A stretch of DNA of 49,536 nucleotides from Candidatus Woesearchaeota archaeon (GCA_038874655.1 JAVZBY010000001.1:1-49536), one strand, 5' to 3'; counted from the stretch's first letter, positions 10,289 through 20,370 are shown. Translations and numbers: made by a program. Notes: generated by a model from the sequence alone, not told the origin.

Positions 10289-10303
10289 AAAAATAAAGCG
10301 CTT
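10279..10303 (+). terminator. Hairpin over the atpK stop codon (terminator or mRNA stabiliser)
   Basis: AGGCGCTT-N9-AAGCGCTT stem followed by T-rich tract. Confidence 0.45.
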
Positions 10304-10409
10304 AATTTATTTTAATCCAATAAGAAGTAATTTATAAACTATCCTTTATTTAATAGGTTATAGAAATCATTAAACAATTGCCAATTATTAAATTTATCAG
10401 GTGAGTTAA

Positions 10410-10955
10410 ATGGGATTAGATGAACTAAAAGCAGAAATTATAAATAATGCTAAAAAACAGGCAGAAAAAATAAACAAAGAAGCAGAAAAAGAAAAAGAAA
10501 TAATTATGAATTCAGCAGAACAAAGAATAAAAGAAATAAAATCAAAAATAGATGAAGAAACAAAAAACTCACTAGAACAATATAAAACTTATATCCTTAC
10601 AGAAATTAATTCAACAATAAAAAGAAAAAAACTCATGATGGAAAAACAAATAATAGATACTGTTTTTGAAAAAGTGTATGAAGAATTAAAAAATTTAGAT
10701 AAGAAAAATAGAGAAGAACACATAAAAAAAATTCTTTCAAAATATAATAATTATAAAAAAGTGTATTGCTCAGAGTCAGATTATAACATTGTAAAAAAAT
10801 ATCTTAAGAGTTATGAACCAAAAGTAATTGATATCATTGGAGGATTAATCTTAGAAGATGATAATGGTGAAACAAGAATAAATCTCTCTTATGAAGAAAT
10901 ATTAAATGACATAAAGAAGAAATATCTACTAGAAATATCTAAAAAATTATTTTAA
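10410..10955 (+). CDS. atpE: A-type ATP synthase subunit E
   Basis: MGLDELKAEI start, coiled coil, IIGGLILE...RINLSYE; SD GGTGA. Confidence 0.92.
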   Translation: MGLDELKAEIINNAKKQAEKINKEAEKEKEIIMNSAEQRIKEIKSKIDEETKNSLEQYKTYILTEINSTIKRKKLMMEKQIIDTVFEKVYEELKNLDKKNREEHIKKILSKYNNYKKVYCSESDYNIVKKYLKSYEPKVIDIIGGLILEDDNGETRINLSYEEILNDIKKKYLLEISKKLF

Positions 10956-10994
10956 GTTTTAATAAAAAAATTTTAAAAAACAAAAATCTCAAAA

Positions 10995-12029
10995 ATGGAA
11001 CAAAAAATATCTTATGAATTTAGCCCATATACTTATGCTAGAGTTTCAGCAATGAAGGGCTTACTACTAAAGAAAAATGATTATGAGAAATTATTAAAGT
11101 TAGAATTAAATGAAATTATAAAATTCTTACAAGAAGGCACATATTCAAATGAAATAAATGAATTAGCGTTGAAATATCAAGGTTTAAAATTAATTGAAAG
11201 AGCACTAAACAAAAATTTAAGTAAAATACTAACAAAAATTAGACAAATTTCAGATATAGAAATACAGCCATTAATAGATATGTATTTGAAAAGATATGAT
11301 TACTATAATATAAAAACTTTGCTGAGAGCTAAATATTCTAATTTAAATTTTGAAGAAATTGAAGATTTGTTAATTCCAGTATCAAGCTTGAATAAAAACA
11401 ATTTAAAAAAACTCTATCAAAAACAAATTATTAACATTTTAGTTGATTCTAAATTATTGCCAAATTCAATAGCAAAAGAAGAAATATCTAAATATGAAAA
11501 CACAAAAGATCTTTCATCAATAGAAAACACATTAGACTTTTTTTACTATAAAAGCACTTTACAACTATCGCAGAAAATTCCAGAAGAAGGTAAATTATTT
11601 AAAGAATTTTTTGAGCATGAAATCTCAATATATAACTTAAAATTAATATTAAAAAAAATTGCGTTTGAGTTAGATAAAAGGGAAATTGAAAAATACATTA
11701 TAAATGGTTCTAAAATATTCTCAATCCAGCAAATAAAAAATTTAATAAATTCTCAATCATACGAATCATTTTACAATGAATTCAAAAAAACTTATTATGG
11801 AAAATTTATAGATTTTAAAGAAAAAGATCTTTTAAAATATGAAGTATTATTTGAAAACTTTTTGTTAAAAAAAAGAAATTTATTATCACATCAACATCCT
11901 TTAACAGTAGACACAATTCTTGGTTTTATGTTTCAAAAAGAAACAGAGGTAAAAAATTTAAAAGTAATTGTAAAATCAAAATCCTTGCAATTAGAATCAG
12001 ATTATGTTGAAAAATTATTAGTTTATTAA
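10995..12029 (+). CDS. atpC: A-type ATP synthase subunit C
   Basis: YTYARVSAMKGLLL, YDYYNIKTLLRAK, KETEVKNLKVI. Confidence 0.92.
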   Translation: MEQKISYEFSPYTYARVSAMKGLLLKKNDYEKLLKLELNEIIKFLQEGTYSNEINELALKYQGLKLIERALNKNLSKILTKIRQISDIEIQPLIDMYLKRYDYYNIKTLLRAKYSNLNFEEIEDLLIPVSSLNKNNLKKLYQKQIINILVDSKLLPNSIAKEEISKYENTKDLSSIENTLDFFYYKSTLQLSQKIPEEGKLFKEFFEHEISIYNLKLILKKIAFELDKREIEKYIINGSKIFSIQQIKNLINSQSYESFYNEFKKTYYGKFIDFKEKDLLKYEVLFENFLLKKRNLLSHQHPLTVDTILGFMFQKETEVKNLKVIVKSKSLQLESDYVEKLLVY

Positions 12030-12041
12030 AGGTGATGAAAA

Positions 12042-12350
12042 ATAGCAGAACTTGCAGTCATAGGAAATAGTGAATTTGTATTAGGATTTGAATTAATTGG
12101 ACTTAATGTTTATGAAGCAGAAACAAGTGATAAACTTAAAGAATATTTTTTAAAATGTTTAAATGATAAAAACATAGGTATTATAGTAACTAATGACAAA
12201 ACATTACAAAAATTAGAACCAAATATAAAAAAACAAGTAGAAAATTCCTTGAGTCCTGTTTTAGTGGTTTTATCAGATAAACCCGGTGCACAAGAAAATT
12301 TAAGAGAAATGATAAAAAAAGCAATTGGAATAGATTTATGGTCAAAATAA
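12042..12350 (+). CDS. atpF: A-type ATP synthase subunit F (apparent ATA start), 102 aa
   Basis: Absent from the ORF track. (M)AELAVIGNSEFVLGFELIGL...NIGIIV...PVLVVL...LREMIKKAIGIDLWSK; canonical position between C and A. Confidence 0.92.
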   Translation: MAELAVIGNSEFVLGFELIGLNVYEAETSDKLKEYFLKCLNDKNIGIIVTNDKTLQKLEPNIKKQVENSLSPVLVVLSDKPGAQENLREMIKKAIGIDLWSK

Positions 12351-12391
12351 TTAGATATTAAAAAATATAACTAATCATTAGGTGAAAAATT

Positions 12392-14188
12392 ATGGTTGAA
12401 AAGAATGAAACTAAACTAAAAAGTAAAAATAACAATGAACAAAAAAATGAGTTGTCAAAAGGTGTTTTAGTTAGAATTGCTGGCCCAGTTGTAGTTGCTC
12501 AAGGGATAGATGCAAAAATGTATGATTTAGTTAGAGTAGGAAATGAAGGATTAATGGGAGAAGTAATTCAAATTGATGGATTAAATACAACAATTCAAGT
12601 TTATGAAGATACCTCAGGAATAAAACCTGGTGAACCAGTTATAAATACAGGAAAACCATTATCAGTAAAATTAGGGCCAGGTTTATTAACAAGTATTTAT
12701 GATGGTATTCAAAGGCCATTGCCAGTTTTAGCTGAAAAAATGGGTTCATTTATTCAAAGAGGAGTAGATGCTTCAGGATTAGATGAAAAGAAAAAATGGG
12801 ATTTTAAACCATTAGTTAAAAAAGGAGATTATGTAAAACCAGGCTCAATTATTGGCGAAGTTCAAGAAACAGAAACAATAAAACATAAAATTTTAGTTCC
12901 TCCTTACCCTGACTATGAAGGAAAAATTACAGAAATAAAATCTGGGAAATTTACAGTTGATGAGGTTGTAGCTGTTTTAGATAATGGTTCAGAATTAAAA
13001 TTAAGTCATTATTGGCCAGTTAGAGTTCCAAGAAAAGTTAAAGAAAAATTAGCACCAAAAATGCCATTATTAACAGGACAAAGAATTTTTGATGCATTAT
13101 TTCCCTTAGCAAAAGGTGGTGTAGCAGCTATTCCTGGCCCTTTTGGTGCTGGAAAAACAGTTTCACAACAACAATTAGCAAAATGGTCTGATGCTGACAT
13201 TGTAGTTTATATTGGATGCGGTGAAAGAGGAAATGAAATGACAGAAGTTTTAACAGAATTTCCTCATTTAATTGATCCAAAAACAGGAAAACCCTTAATG
13301 AATAGAACTGTCTTAATTGCAAATACCTCAAATATGCCCGTAGCAGCAAGAGAAGCTTCAGTATATACTGGAATTACAATTGCAGAATATTTCAGAGATC
13401 AAGGTTATTCTGTTGCATTAATGGCTGACTCTACTTCAAGATGGGCAGAGGCAATGAGAGAAATTTCTTCAAGATTAGAAGAAATGCCAGGTGAAGAAGG
13501 TTATCCTGCTTATTTAGCAACAAAATTAGCTGAATTTTATGAAAGAGCAGGCATTGTAAAAACATTATCAGGTAATATTGGCTCTGTTTCTGTAATTGGT
13601 GCAGTAAGTCCTCCAGGAGGAGATTTTTCAGAACCAGTTACACAAAACACTCTAAGAGTTGCAAAATGCTTCTGGGCATTAGATGCAAAATTAGCCCAAA
13701 GAAGACATTTCCCAAGTATAAACTGGCTTACCTCGTATAGTTTGTATAATAAAACCTTAGAGCAATGGTATAAAGAAAATGTTTCTCCTAAATGGCCAGA
13801 ACTAATGGCTGAAATAATGTCGATTTTACAAGAAGAAGAAAAATTATTAGAAATTGTGCAATTAGTAGGTAGTGATGCATTGCCAGAAAAGCAACAATTA
13901 ACACTAGAAATAGCAAGAATGATTAGAGAATTTTTCTTACAACAAAATGCATATCACGAAATTGATACTTATTGTGAACCTAAAAAAACATTTATGTTAG
14001 CAGAAACAATACTTTATTTTGGTAAAAAAGCACATCAAGCATTAGACGAAGGTGTTTCTATTTCAAGTATAATTAATTTAGATTCAAAAGAAAGAATAGC
14101 TAATGTTAAATTCGTAAAAGACTATGAAACAGAATTAACTAAAATAAAGATTGATATTGATAAAGAATTTGCGAAATTAAATGCATAA
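12392..14188 (+). CDS. atpA: A-type ATP synthase subunit A
   Basis: [34 protein letters not shown]; no intein. Confidence 0.98.
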   Translation: MVEKNETKLKSKNNNEQKNELSKGVLVRIAGPVVVAQGIDAKMYDLVRVGNEGLMGEVIQIDGLNTTIQVYEDTSGIKPGEPVINTGKPLSVKLGPGLLTSIYDGIQRPLPVLAEKMGSFIQRGVDASGLDEKKKWDFKPLVKKGDYVKPGSIIGEVQETETIKHKILVPPYPDYEGKITEIKSGKFTVDEVVAVLDNGSELKLSHYWPVRVPRKVKEKLAPKMPLLTGQRIFDALFPLAKGGVAAIPGPFGAGKTVSQQQLAKWSDADIVVYIGCGERGNEMTEVLTEFPHLIDPKTGKPLMNRTVLIANTSNMPVAAREASVYTGITIAEYFRDQGYSVALMADSTSRWAEAMREISSRLEEMPGEEGYPAYLATKLAEFYERAGIVKTLSGNIGSVSVIGAVSPPGGDFSEPVTQNTLRVAKCFWALDAKLAQRRHFPSINWLTSYSLYNKTLEQWYKENVSPKWPELMAEIMSILQEEEKLLEIVQLVGSDALPEKQQLTLEIARMIREFFLQQNAYHEIDTYCEPKKTFMLAETILYFGKKAHQALDEGVSISSIINLDSKERIANVKFVKDYETELTKIKIDIDKEFAKLNA

Positions 14189-14214
14189 TTATTAGAAAAA
14201 ATTAAGGTGATAAT

Positions 14215-15663
14215 ATGTTAAAAGAATATAAAACAATAACAAGAATTGCTGGGCCTTTAGTTTTTGTTCAAAAAACACATCCTGTTGGTTATGGTGAATT
14301 AGTCAGTATTAAATTATCTGATGGCACCATAAAAAATGGTCAGGTATTAGATACAAGTAATGAGATAGTTGTTGTTCAAGTTTTTGAAGGCACTTCTAGA
14401 ATTGATAAAAACTCTTGGGTTAAATTTTTGGGTGAAACAATAAAATTAAATGTTTCTGAGCAAATGTTAGGTAGGATTTTAACTGGAGCAGGAAAACCTA
14501 GAGATAATGGCCCTGAAATAATTCCCGAAGCAAGATTAGATATTAATGGAGCAGCAATTAACCCTTATGTTAGACAAAGTCCATCTGATTTTATTCAAAC
14601 AGGTATTTCTACAATAGATGCAACAAACACATTGGTTAGAGGACAAAAATTACCTATCTTTTCTGGAAGTGGACTGCCTCATAATGAAATTGCATTGCAA
14701 ATTGCAAGACAAGCAAAAGTTCCAGGACAAGAAGGAAAGTTTGCAGTTATTTTTGCAGCAATGGGTATTACTAATGAAGAAGCACAATATTTTATGAAGG
14801 ACTTTGAAGAAACTGGAGCATTGCAAAGAGCAGTAGTTTTTTTAAACCTAGCAGATGATCCTGCTGTAGAAAGGTTGATTACACCGAGAATGGCTTTAAC
14901 AACAGCAGAATATTTAGCTTTTGAAAAAGATATGCACGTATTAGTTATATTAACAGACATGACAAATTATTGTGAGTCATTAAGAGAAATTGGTGCAGCA
15001 AGAGAAGAAATCCCCGGTAGAAGAGGTTATCCTGGCTACATGTATACAGATTTAGCATCAATTTATGAAAGAGCTGGTATGATTAAAGGTAAAAAAGGTT
15101 CAATAACACAAGTGCCTATTTTAACAATGATAGGAGATGATATTACACATCCTATTCCAGATTTAACAGGCTATATTACAGAAGGACAAATTGTATTATC
15201 AAGAGAATTACATAGAAAAGGAATTTATCCGCCAGTTGATATTTTGCCAAGTTTGTCAAGATTAATGAACTCTGGAATTGGTGTAGGTAAAACAAGAGAA
15301 GATCATAAACAAGTTTCAGATCAATTATATGCAAACTATGCAGAAGGAAGAGATTTAAGAGGCTTAGTTGCAATTGTTGGTGAAGAAGCATTATCAGACA
15401 GGGATAAAAGATTGTTAAAATTTGCTGATGAATTTGAAAAAAGGTTTGTAAGACAAAATTCAAGAGAAGATAGAAGTATTACAAGAACATTAGAAATAGG
15501 TTGGGAATTATTAAGAATGATGCCGAAGAAAGATTTAACAAGAATAAAACCAGAATTCAGAGATAAATATTATGGTGAAGAAAATGTTGAATTAAAAGGT
15601 CAAAAAATAGAAACTCCCTTAGAATCAAGTGAAGATAATGATAAATTAAAAAGAAAAAAATAA
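14215..15663 (+). CDS. atpB: A-type ATP synthase subunit B
   Basis: [39 protein letters not shown]. Confidence 0.98.
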   Translation: MLKEYKTITRIAGPLVFVQKTHPVGYGELVSIKLSDGTIKNGQVLDTSNEIVVVQVFEGTSRIDKNSWVKFLGETIKLNVSEQMLGRILTGAGKPRDNGPEIIPEARLDINGAAINPYVRQSPSDFIQTGISTIDATNTLVRGQKLPIFSGSGLPHNEIALQIARQAKVPGQEGKFAVIFAAMGITNEEAQYFMKDFEETGALQRAVVFLNLADDPAVERLITPRMALTTAEYLAFEKDMHVLVILTDMTNYCESLREIGAAREEIPGRRGYPGYMYTDLASIYERAGMIKGKKGSITQVPILTMIGDDITHPIPDLTGYITEGQIVLSRELHRKGIYPPVDILPSLSRLMNSGIGVGKTREDHKQVSDQLYANYAEGRDLRGLVAIVGEEALSDRDKRLLKFADEFEKRFVRQNSREDRSITRTLEIGWELLRMMPKKDLTRIKPEFRDKYYGEENVELKGQKIETPLESSEDNDKLKRKK

Positions 15664-15721
15664 AAATTTACATTTTTAAAATTCAAGAATTAAAACAAAA
15701 AAATAAAATGAGGTATAAAAA

Positions 15722-16348
15722 ATGCCAAAATCAATCATAAAAGAATTGTTAGAAAATAATGAGCATTATCACGAAAAAGTTCAATGGGACTTAATTAAAA
15801 ATGGGCAAAGCCCTAAAATTACATTAGTCACTTGTTCAGATTCAAGAGTAAGCGGACATATTTTTGGTAAAGACTTAGTGAATTTTGTTTTTCACATAAG
15901 AAATATCGGAAACCAAATTGTAAATAATTTTGGCAGTGTAGATTATGGTGTTCATCATCTAAAAACACCAATACTGATGATTTTAGGTCATACAGATTGT
16001 GGTGCAGTAAAAGCAAGTCAAAAAGATTTTTCAAATGAAACAACAGAAATAAAAAAAGAACTTTATCCATTATACTTTAATTTAAGGTCAGGTGATAAAT
16101 CTAATATAACAAAACTAGTGCAATTAAATGTTGATATTCAAGTAGAAGAAGCAATGAAAAGATATGGGACAGAACACACTTTTATTGTAGGTGCAATATT
16201 TGATATTCACAAACATTATACAGAAAAAGAAGGAAGAGTCATAATAACTAATATAAATGGAATCACAGATGAAAAAAAATTAAAAGAACACCCTTTATTA
16301 AGTGCATTAACAAAAGAAATGCTCAATGCAAGAGTAAAGAGATTGTAA
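15722..16348 (+). CDS. Beta-class carbonic anhydrase
   Basis: GQSP, CSDSR, RNIGN, GSVDYGV, GHTDCGA; SD GAGG. Confidence 0.92.
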   Translation: MPKSIIKELLENNEHYHEKVQWDLIKNGQSPKITLVTCSDSRVSGHIFGKDLVNFVFHIRNIGNQIVNNFGSVDYGVHHLKTPILMILGHTDCGAVKASQKDFSNETTEIKKELYPLYFNLRSGDKSNITKLVQLNVDIQVEEAMKRYGTEHTFIVGAIFDIHKHYTEKEGRVIITNINGITDEKKLKEHPLLSALTKEMLNARVKRL

Positions 16349-16395
16349 ATAAAAAATTTAAAAAAATTTGCAAAAAATAAAACTCATTGATAAAA

Positions 16396-17019
16396 ATGGA
16401 CATAAAACCAACAAGATCAGAATTGATAAAACTTAAAAATAAAATCAAATTAGCTAAATCAGGCCATAAATTATTAAAGAAAAAAAGAGATGGCTTAATT
16501 TTAGAGTTTTTTGAAATACTTAAAGAAACAAAGTCAGTAAGAAAAGAGATGACTGAAAAATATAAAGAGGCAATTAAAAAAATAAATATAGCAAGAGTTT
16601 TAGAAGGCGATGTTGCAATAAAATCAATTGCATTAGCAATTAAAAATAAACCAAGCATTAATGTTAATACAAAAAATATAATGGGTGTTGTTGTTCCTAA
16701 TATTGAAAGTGAAAACATAAAAAAAGAAGTCCATGAAAGAGGTTATGGTTTAATAAACACAAGTGCAGCTGTTGTTGAAGCAGCAAATGCTTATGAGCAA
16801 TTATTAGAATATATTCTATTAATTGCCGAAGTTGAGACATCTATGATAAGATTATTACAAGAGATTGATAAAACAAAAAGAAGAGTTAATGCCTTAGAAT
16901 TTAATGTCTTGCCTAAATTAAACAACCAAAAAAACTTCATTCAACTAAGATTAGAAGAAATGGAAAGAGAATCTGTTTATAGAAGTAAAAGAATAAAAGC
17001 AAAAAGCAAGAAAAAATAA
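16396..17019 (+). CDS. atpD: A-type ATP synthase subunit D
   Basis: KPTRSEL, GHKLLKKKRDGL, TKRRVNALE, LEEMERE. Confidence 0.97.
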   Translation: MDIKPTRSELIKLKNKIKLAKSGHKLLKKKRDGLILEFFEILKETKSVRKEMTEKYKEAIKKINIARVLEGDVAIKSIALAIKNKPSINVNTKNIMGVVVPNIESENIKKEVHERGYGLINTSAAVVEAANAYEQLLEYILLIAEVETSMIRLLQEIDKTKRRVNALEFNVLPKLNNQKNFIQLRLEEMERESVYRSKRIKAKSKKK

Positions 17020-17110
17020 AAAAATTTTATTAATTTATATTTTTTTCAAGAAAAATAAAAAAGGGGTTCTGTATTAATTATGTTTTTAATTAAATAAGGA
17101 GGAGTTTATA

Positions 17111-18139
17111 ATGGAAGTTAGAACTGAAATTTACTATGTTGAAGCAACTATTCAAAGTAAATTACCAAAAAAATTAGATAATATTATAGAGGCAAATGCA
17201 CAATATGAAAAAGAGATTAAAGAATTAATTAAGCAATTAGACAATTCAAGCAATTATGCAGTTGGGTGCTCTGATGCAAGATATCCAGGAATTCCAGGAA
17301 TGCCTAATTCTTTTATGGCAGGAAGCAGAAATGATGGTAATCCAGATGATTATAGATTAAATGAAAAAACAAGAATTCAAGTTGATCATCATAATGGTAA
17401 TGGTAATGCTTGTGGCGGCAGAGCAAATGCACAAGCACATTTAGAAGGAAAAGTTTCAGATACATTATATCAAGAATTAGCTAACGGAGTAAATCCAAAT
17501 TTTATTCAAAATGCAATAGAAGGTGCTGGAGAAAATGGAATTCCAATGGTTTACAATCATTTAACTGGAACATTTCAAATGATTCAAGGAAATTATAATT
17601 TGCCAATAGCATTAGAAAATTTACCAGACCATATCTTAACAAATTTAAAAGAAACTGGCTTTCATAATGGCAGAACAAATTTTGTTGAGAAACAAGATCC
17701 TAATTATTTGGTTTTAAATTTAGCATTAGGAACATTAGGCCAATACATAGGAAGCGAATTTCCAAAACCATTAGGAGAGGTTTTTGAAGTAAAACCTAAT
17801 GCTTTGGGTATTTCATTGCTTGCTTATGAGCCAAGAGTAGTTGATGTGGCTTCTCTAATGTATTCCTTAGACAGCAGATTACAAACATTACAAGGAAAAC
17901 CTCATGGTTTTAGCAGCATGGATACTTTTGTAATTTTATATCATGTATTAACGACAAACCAAGAGCAAACACACTATTTAATACAAGGAATAGTTAAACA
18001 AATGATCCAATTAGGCCCAAGATTAGGGGAACATTTAACAAATCCTTTACAAGGAATAAGTATTTATGCGTTAGGTGTTAATAGAAATGGTTTAATTTTG
18101 CCTGAGTCTGTTTATGCAATAGAAGTTTCTAAACTTTAA
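17111..18139 (+). CDS. Divergent two-domain beta-carbonic-anhydrase-like protein
   Basis: GCSDAR and HHNGNGNACGG in the N-half; C-half keeps a beta-CA skeleton without ligands; strong SD GGAGGAG. Confidence 0.55.
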   Translation: MEVRTEIYYVEATIQSKLPKKLDNIIEANAQYEKEIKELIKQLDNSSNYAVGCSDARYPGIPGMPNSFMAGSRNDGNPDDYRLNEKTRIQVDHHNGNGNACGGRANAQAHLEGKVSDTLYQELANGVNPNFIQNAIEGAGENGIPMVYNHLTGTFQMIQGNYNLPIALENLPDHILTNLKETGFHNGRTNFVEKQDPNYLVLNLALGTLGQYIGSEFPKPLGEVFEVKPNALGISLLAYEPRVVDVASLMYSLDSRLQTLQGKPHGFSSMDTFVILYHVLTTNQEQTHYLIQGIVKQMIQLGPRLGEHLTNPLQGISIYALGVNRNGLILPESVYAIEVSKL

Positions 18140-18152
18140 ATTTTTTTAATTT

Positions 18153-18539
18153 TTATTTTATTATCTTCACTTTTTCTAATCCCTCAAAATCAAAATCCTT
18201 ACTAATCAATATGGCATTATTTTCAATAGAAGTTAAATAAATTAATGAATCAGTTAAACTAAAACTAGAAGTTTTATTTTTTTTTCTTTGCTTTTCTTTT
18301 AATAAGCCAGATTCTAAACAAGATTTTAAATTTAAATTTACAATTACAGAATTTCCTAAAATAAAGTTAAAAAATTTTTCAAAATCAATGTTTTTTTTTG
18401 CAAAAATAGATGATAATTCTGCTATAACAATAATTGGCGTAATTAAATCTCTTTCATCAATAATTTTTTTCAATTCTTCATTACCATTAAAAAACTCAAG
18501 CCATGCTGATGTATCCAAACAATATTTTATATTATTCAT
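18153..18539 (-). CDS. vapC: PIN-domain toxin (VapC-like)
   Basis: CLDTSAWLEFF, IAEL, SLTDSLI, LISKDFDF. Confidence 0.9.
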   Translation of the reverse strand: MNNIKYCLDTSAWLEFFNGNEELKKIIDERDLITPIIVIAELSSIFAKKNIDFEKFFNFILGNSVIVNLNLKSCLESGLLKEKQRKKNKTSSFSLTDSLIYLTSIENNAILISKDFDFEGLEKVKIIK

Positions 18540-18595
18540 TTTTTTATTATCTTTTTATTACTTTTTTTCTTTATAGATTAATTCTTTTTTATTGA

Positions 18596-18817
18596 TTAAT
18601 TTTCACTTTTGAATTTCATTCTATGTTCTTTTTTATTATATTTTATAGGATTTTCTCTTAAAATTCCAAACATACTTTCTTTTTCAACAATTTTATCTTT
18701 CATTTTATCTTTTAAAATGTTTAAAATTACTTCGTCATATGTTTTGTAATTCTCTTTTTCTTTTATATCTTTTAAAATTTGTAGGGTTGTTTCATTAATT
18801 TGAATTGTAGTTGCCAT
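18596..18817 (-). CDS. RHH-type antitoxin (VapB-like), 73 aa
   Basis: MATTIQINETTLQILKDIK...TYDEVI...SMFG; start at 18817 lies just downstream of a TATA box, so the track's longer N-terminus is probably promoter DNA. Confidence 0.75.
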   Translation of the reverse strand: MATTIQINETTLQILKDIKEKENYKTYDEVILNILKDKMKDKIVEKESMFGILRENPIKYNKKEHRMKFKSEN

Positions 18818-18954
18818 AATTATAATTATAGTTATAGTTATATAAATATTTTTCTTTTTTTTATTTTGTTTTTTTATGTTTTTGATATTATTTTTCAGTA
18901 GAAACAAAATACATTTAGCTATAGGATTTTTAAATAAAACCACTATCCCTACTT

Positions 18955-19151
18955 ATAAATATTGAAATTTCCAAAAATTTAATAAAACATAGATTTAATC
19001 AATTTTAGAGATTCAAATTGCTTATAAAAAAGAAATATTAAAAAGCCAAAAAGATATTGAAGATGCATTTTTTCATGAAGAATTGTTTAATGATAAATTA
19101 GATAAAAACCTGATAAAAGAATATTCGAAATTTTTAAAAAAGTCTTTTTAA
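18955..19151 (+). pseudogene. Gene remnant, C-terminal part of a nucleotidyltransferase-like family
   Basis: Start-less frame LEIQIAYKKEILKSQKDIEDAFFHEELFNDKLDKNLIKEYSKFLKKSF*; family recalled from the 'LE.QIAYK....S.KDIEDA' pattern only. Confidence 0.4.
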
Positions 19152-19179
19152 TAAATTAAATGGATTATATTAAAATAAA

Positions 19180-19440
19180 TCAAAACTCATCCATGGGCTC
19201 TTTTAAAGAAACATAATATCTTTGTGGTTTTGGCTTTGAATTTTCTCTTTCTACTTCTTTTATTGCTTTTTCAACATCCTCTTTATTCCAATGACTTAAA
19301 TCCTCAAATATTTTTTCAGAATCATATTTTTTTACATTTATATAGTATCTAACTAATCTTTGTACTTCCATAATTGTTGGTGATTTTTTTTCTCTTAGTT
19401 TTTTCATTTCTAAGTCAACATTTTTATTTTCGTCTACCAT
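19180..19440 (-). CDS. Hypothetical protein
   Basis: 86 aa, protein-like composition, TATA-like TTTAAA upstream. Confidence 0.6.
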   Translation of the reverse strand: MVDENKNVDLEMKKLREKKSPTIMEVQRLVRYYINVKKYDSEKIFEDLSHWNKEDVEKAIKEVERENSKPKPQRYYVSLKEPMDEF

Positions 19441-19563
19441 ATTTACATTAAAGACAATTCCATTTAAATAATTTACGAAAATAGAATATAACTAATAAAT
19501 AGAATAACAAATGACTAAAACATGCACAACATATTTATATATTTATGATTATTTAATATCCAT

Positions 19564-20361
19564 ATGTTTTATCACAATATTAATCCAGATTTATTAAAAA
19601 TAGGATTTTTTTCAATTAGATTTTATGGGATTGTTTATGCTTTGGGTTTTCTATCAATTGGTTATTATTTATCAAAATCAAAAATAAAAAACTTACCAAA
19701 AGAAAAAGCATGGGATTTAGTTTCATATACACTTTTATTTTCTCTAATTGGTGCAAGATTATTTCATGTTATAAGTGATTTTCATTTATACAAAAATAAT
19801 CTATTAGGAATTTTTGAGATATGGAAAGGCGGTTTAGGTTGGTATGGTGGCTTGTTTTTTGGAATTGCTTTTATAATTTTTTACACAAAAAAACATAAAA
19901 TAGAAACTCTTGAAATTTTTGATAAAATATCATTAATTCTACCTCTTTTTATAGGTTTAGGTAGAATTGCTAATTTCATTAACTCAGAACATTTAGGATT
20001 TCCAGCAAACCCTGAAACAATAACATGGTGTGTTGTTTTTCAAAATATAGATACTTTTTGTAGACATCCAACTCAATTATATGAAGCAATATCAATGTTT
20101 TTAGTATTTGGAGTTTTAATCTTAATAAATAAATTTATCCCTAAATTAAAAACAAAAGGAATTTTATTCTCATTTTATCTGATTTTATATAGTATTGCAA
20201 GATTTACCACAGATTTTTTTAGAGAATCACAAAGCATTTATATATTGGGTTTAGCACATACACAAATTATAAGTCTAATTACTTTATTTATAGGAATTTA
20301 TCTATTGTTTAAATTTAGTGATATAAATTATAGCAAATTATTTAAAATAAAAAAACTCTAA
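19564..20361 (+). CDS. lgt: Prolipoprotein diacylglyceryl transferase (bacterial-type Lgt)
   Basis: IRFYGIVY, IGARLFHV, IWKGGL, LGRIANFINSE, RHPTQLYEA. Confidence 0.9.
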   Translation: MFYHNINPDLLKIGFFSIRFYGIVYALGFLSIGYYLSKSKIKNLPKEKAWDLVSYTLLFSLIGARLFHVISDFHLYKNNLLGIFEIWKGGLGWYGGLFFGIAFIIFYTKKHKIETLEIFDKISLILPLFIGLGRIANFINSEHLGFPANPETITWCVVFQNIDTFCRHPTQLYEAISMFLVFGVLILINKFIPKLKTKGILFSFYLILYSIARFTTDFFRESQSIYILGLAHTQIISLITLFIGIYLLFKFSDINYSKLFKIKKL

Positions 20362-20370
20362 TATATTAAA

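Noticed and set aside
12027-12044. atpC-atpF fusion by readthrough or TGA recoding
   Set aside because: Same frame, but three stops intervene (TAA, TGA, TGA), and TGA ends lemA, alaS and srp54 normally
12392-14188. Intein in atpA
   Set aside because: Normal length and continuous sequence after the P-loop
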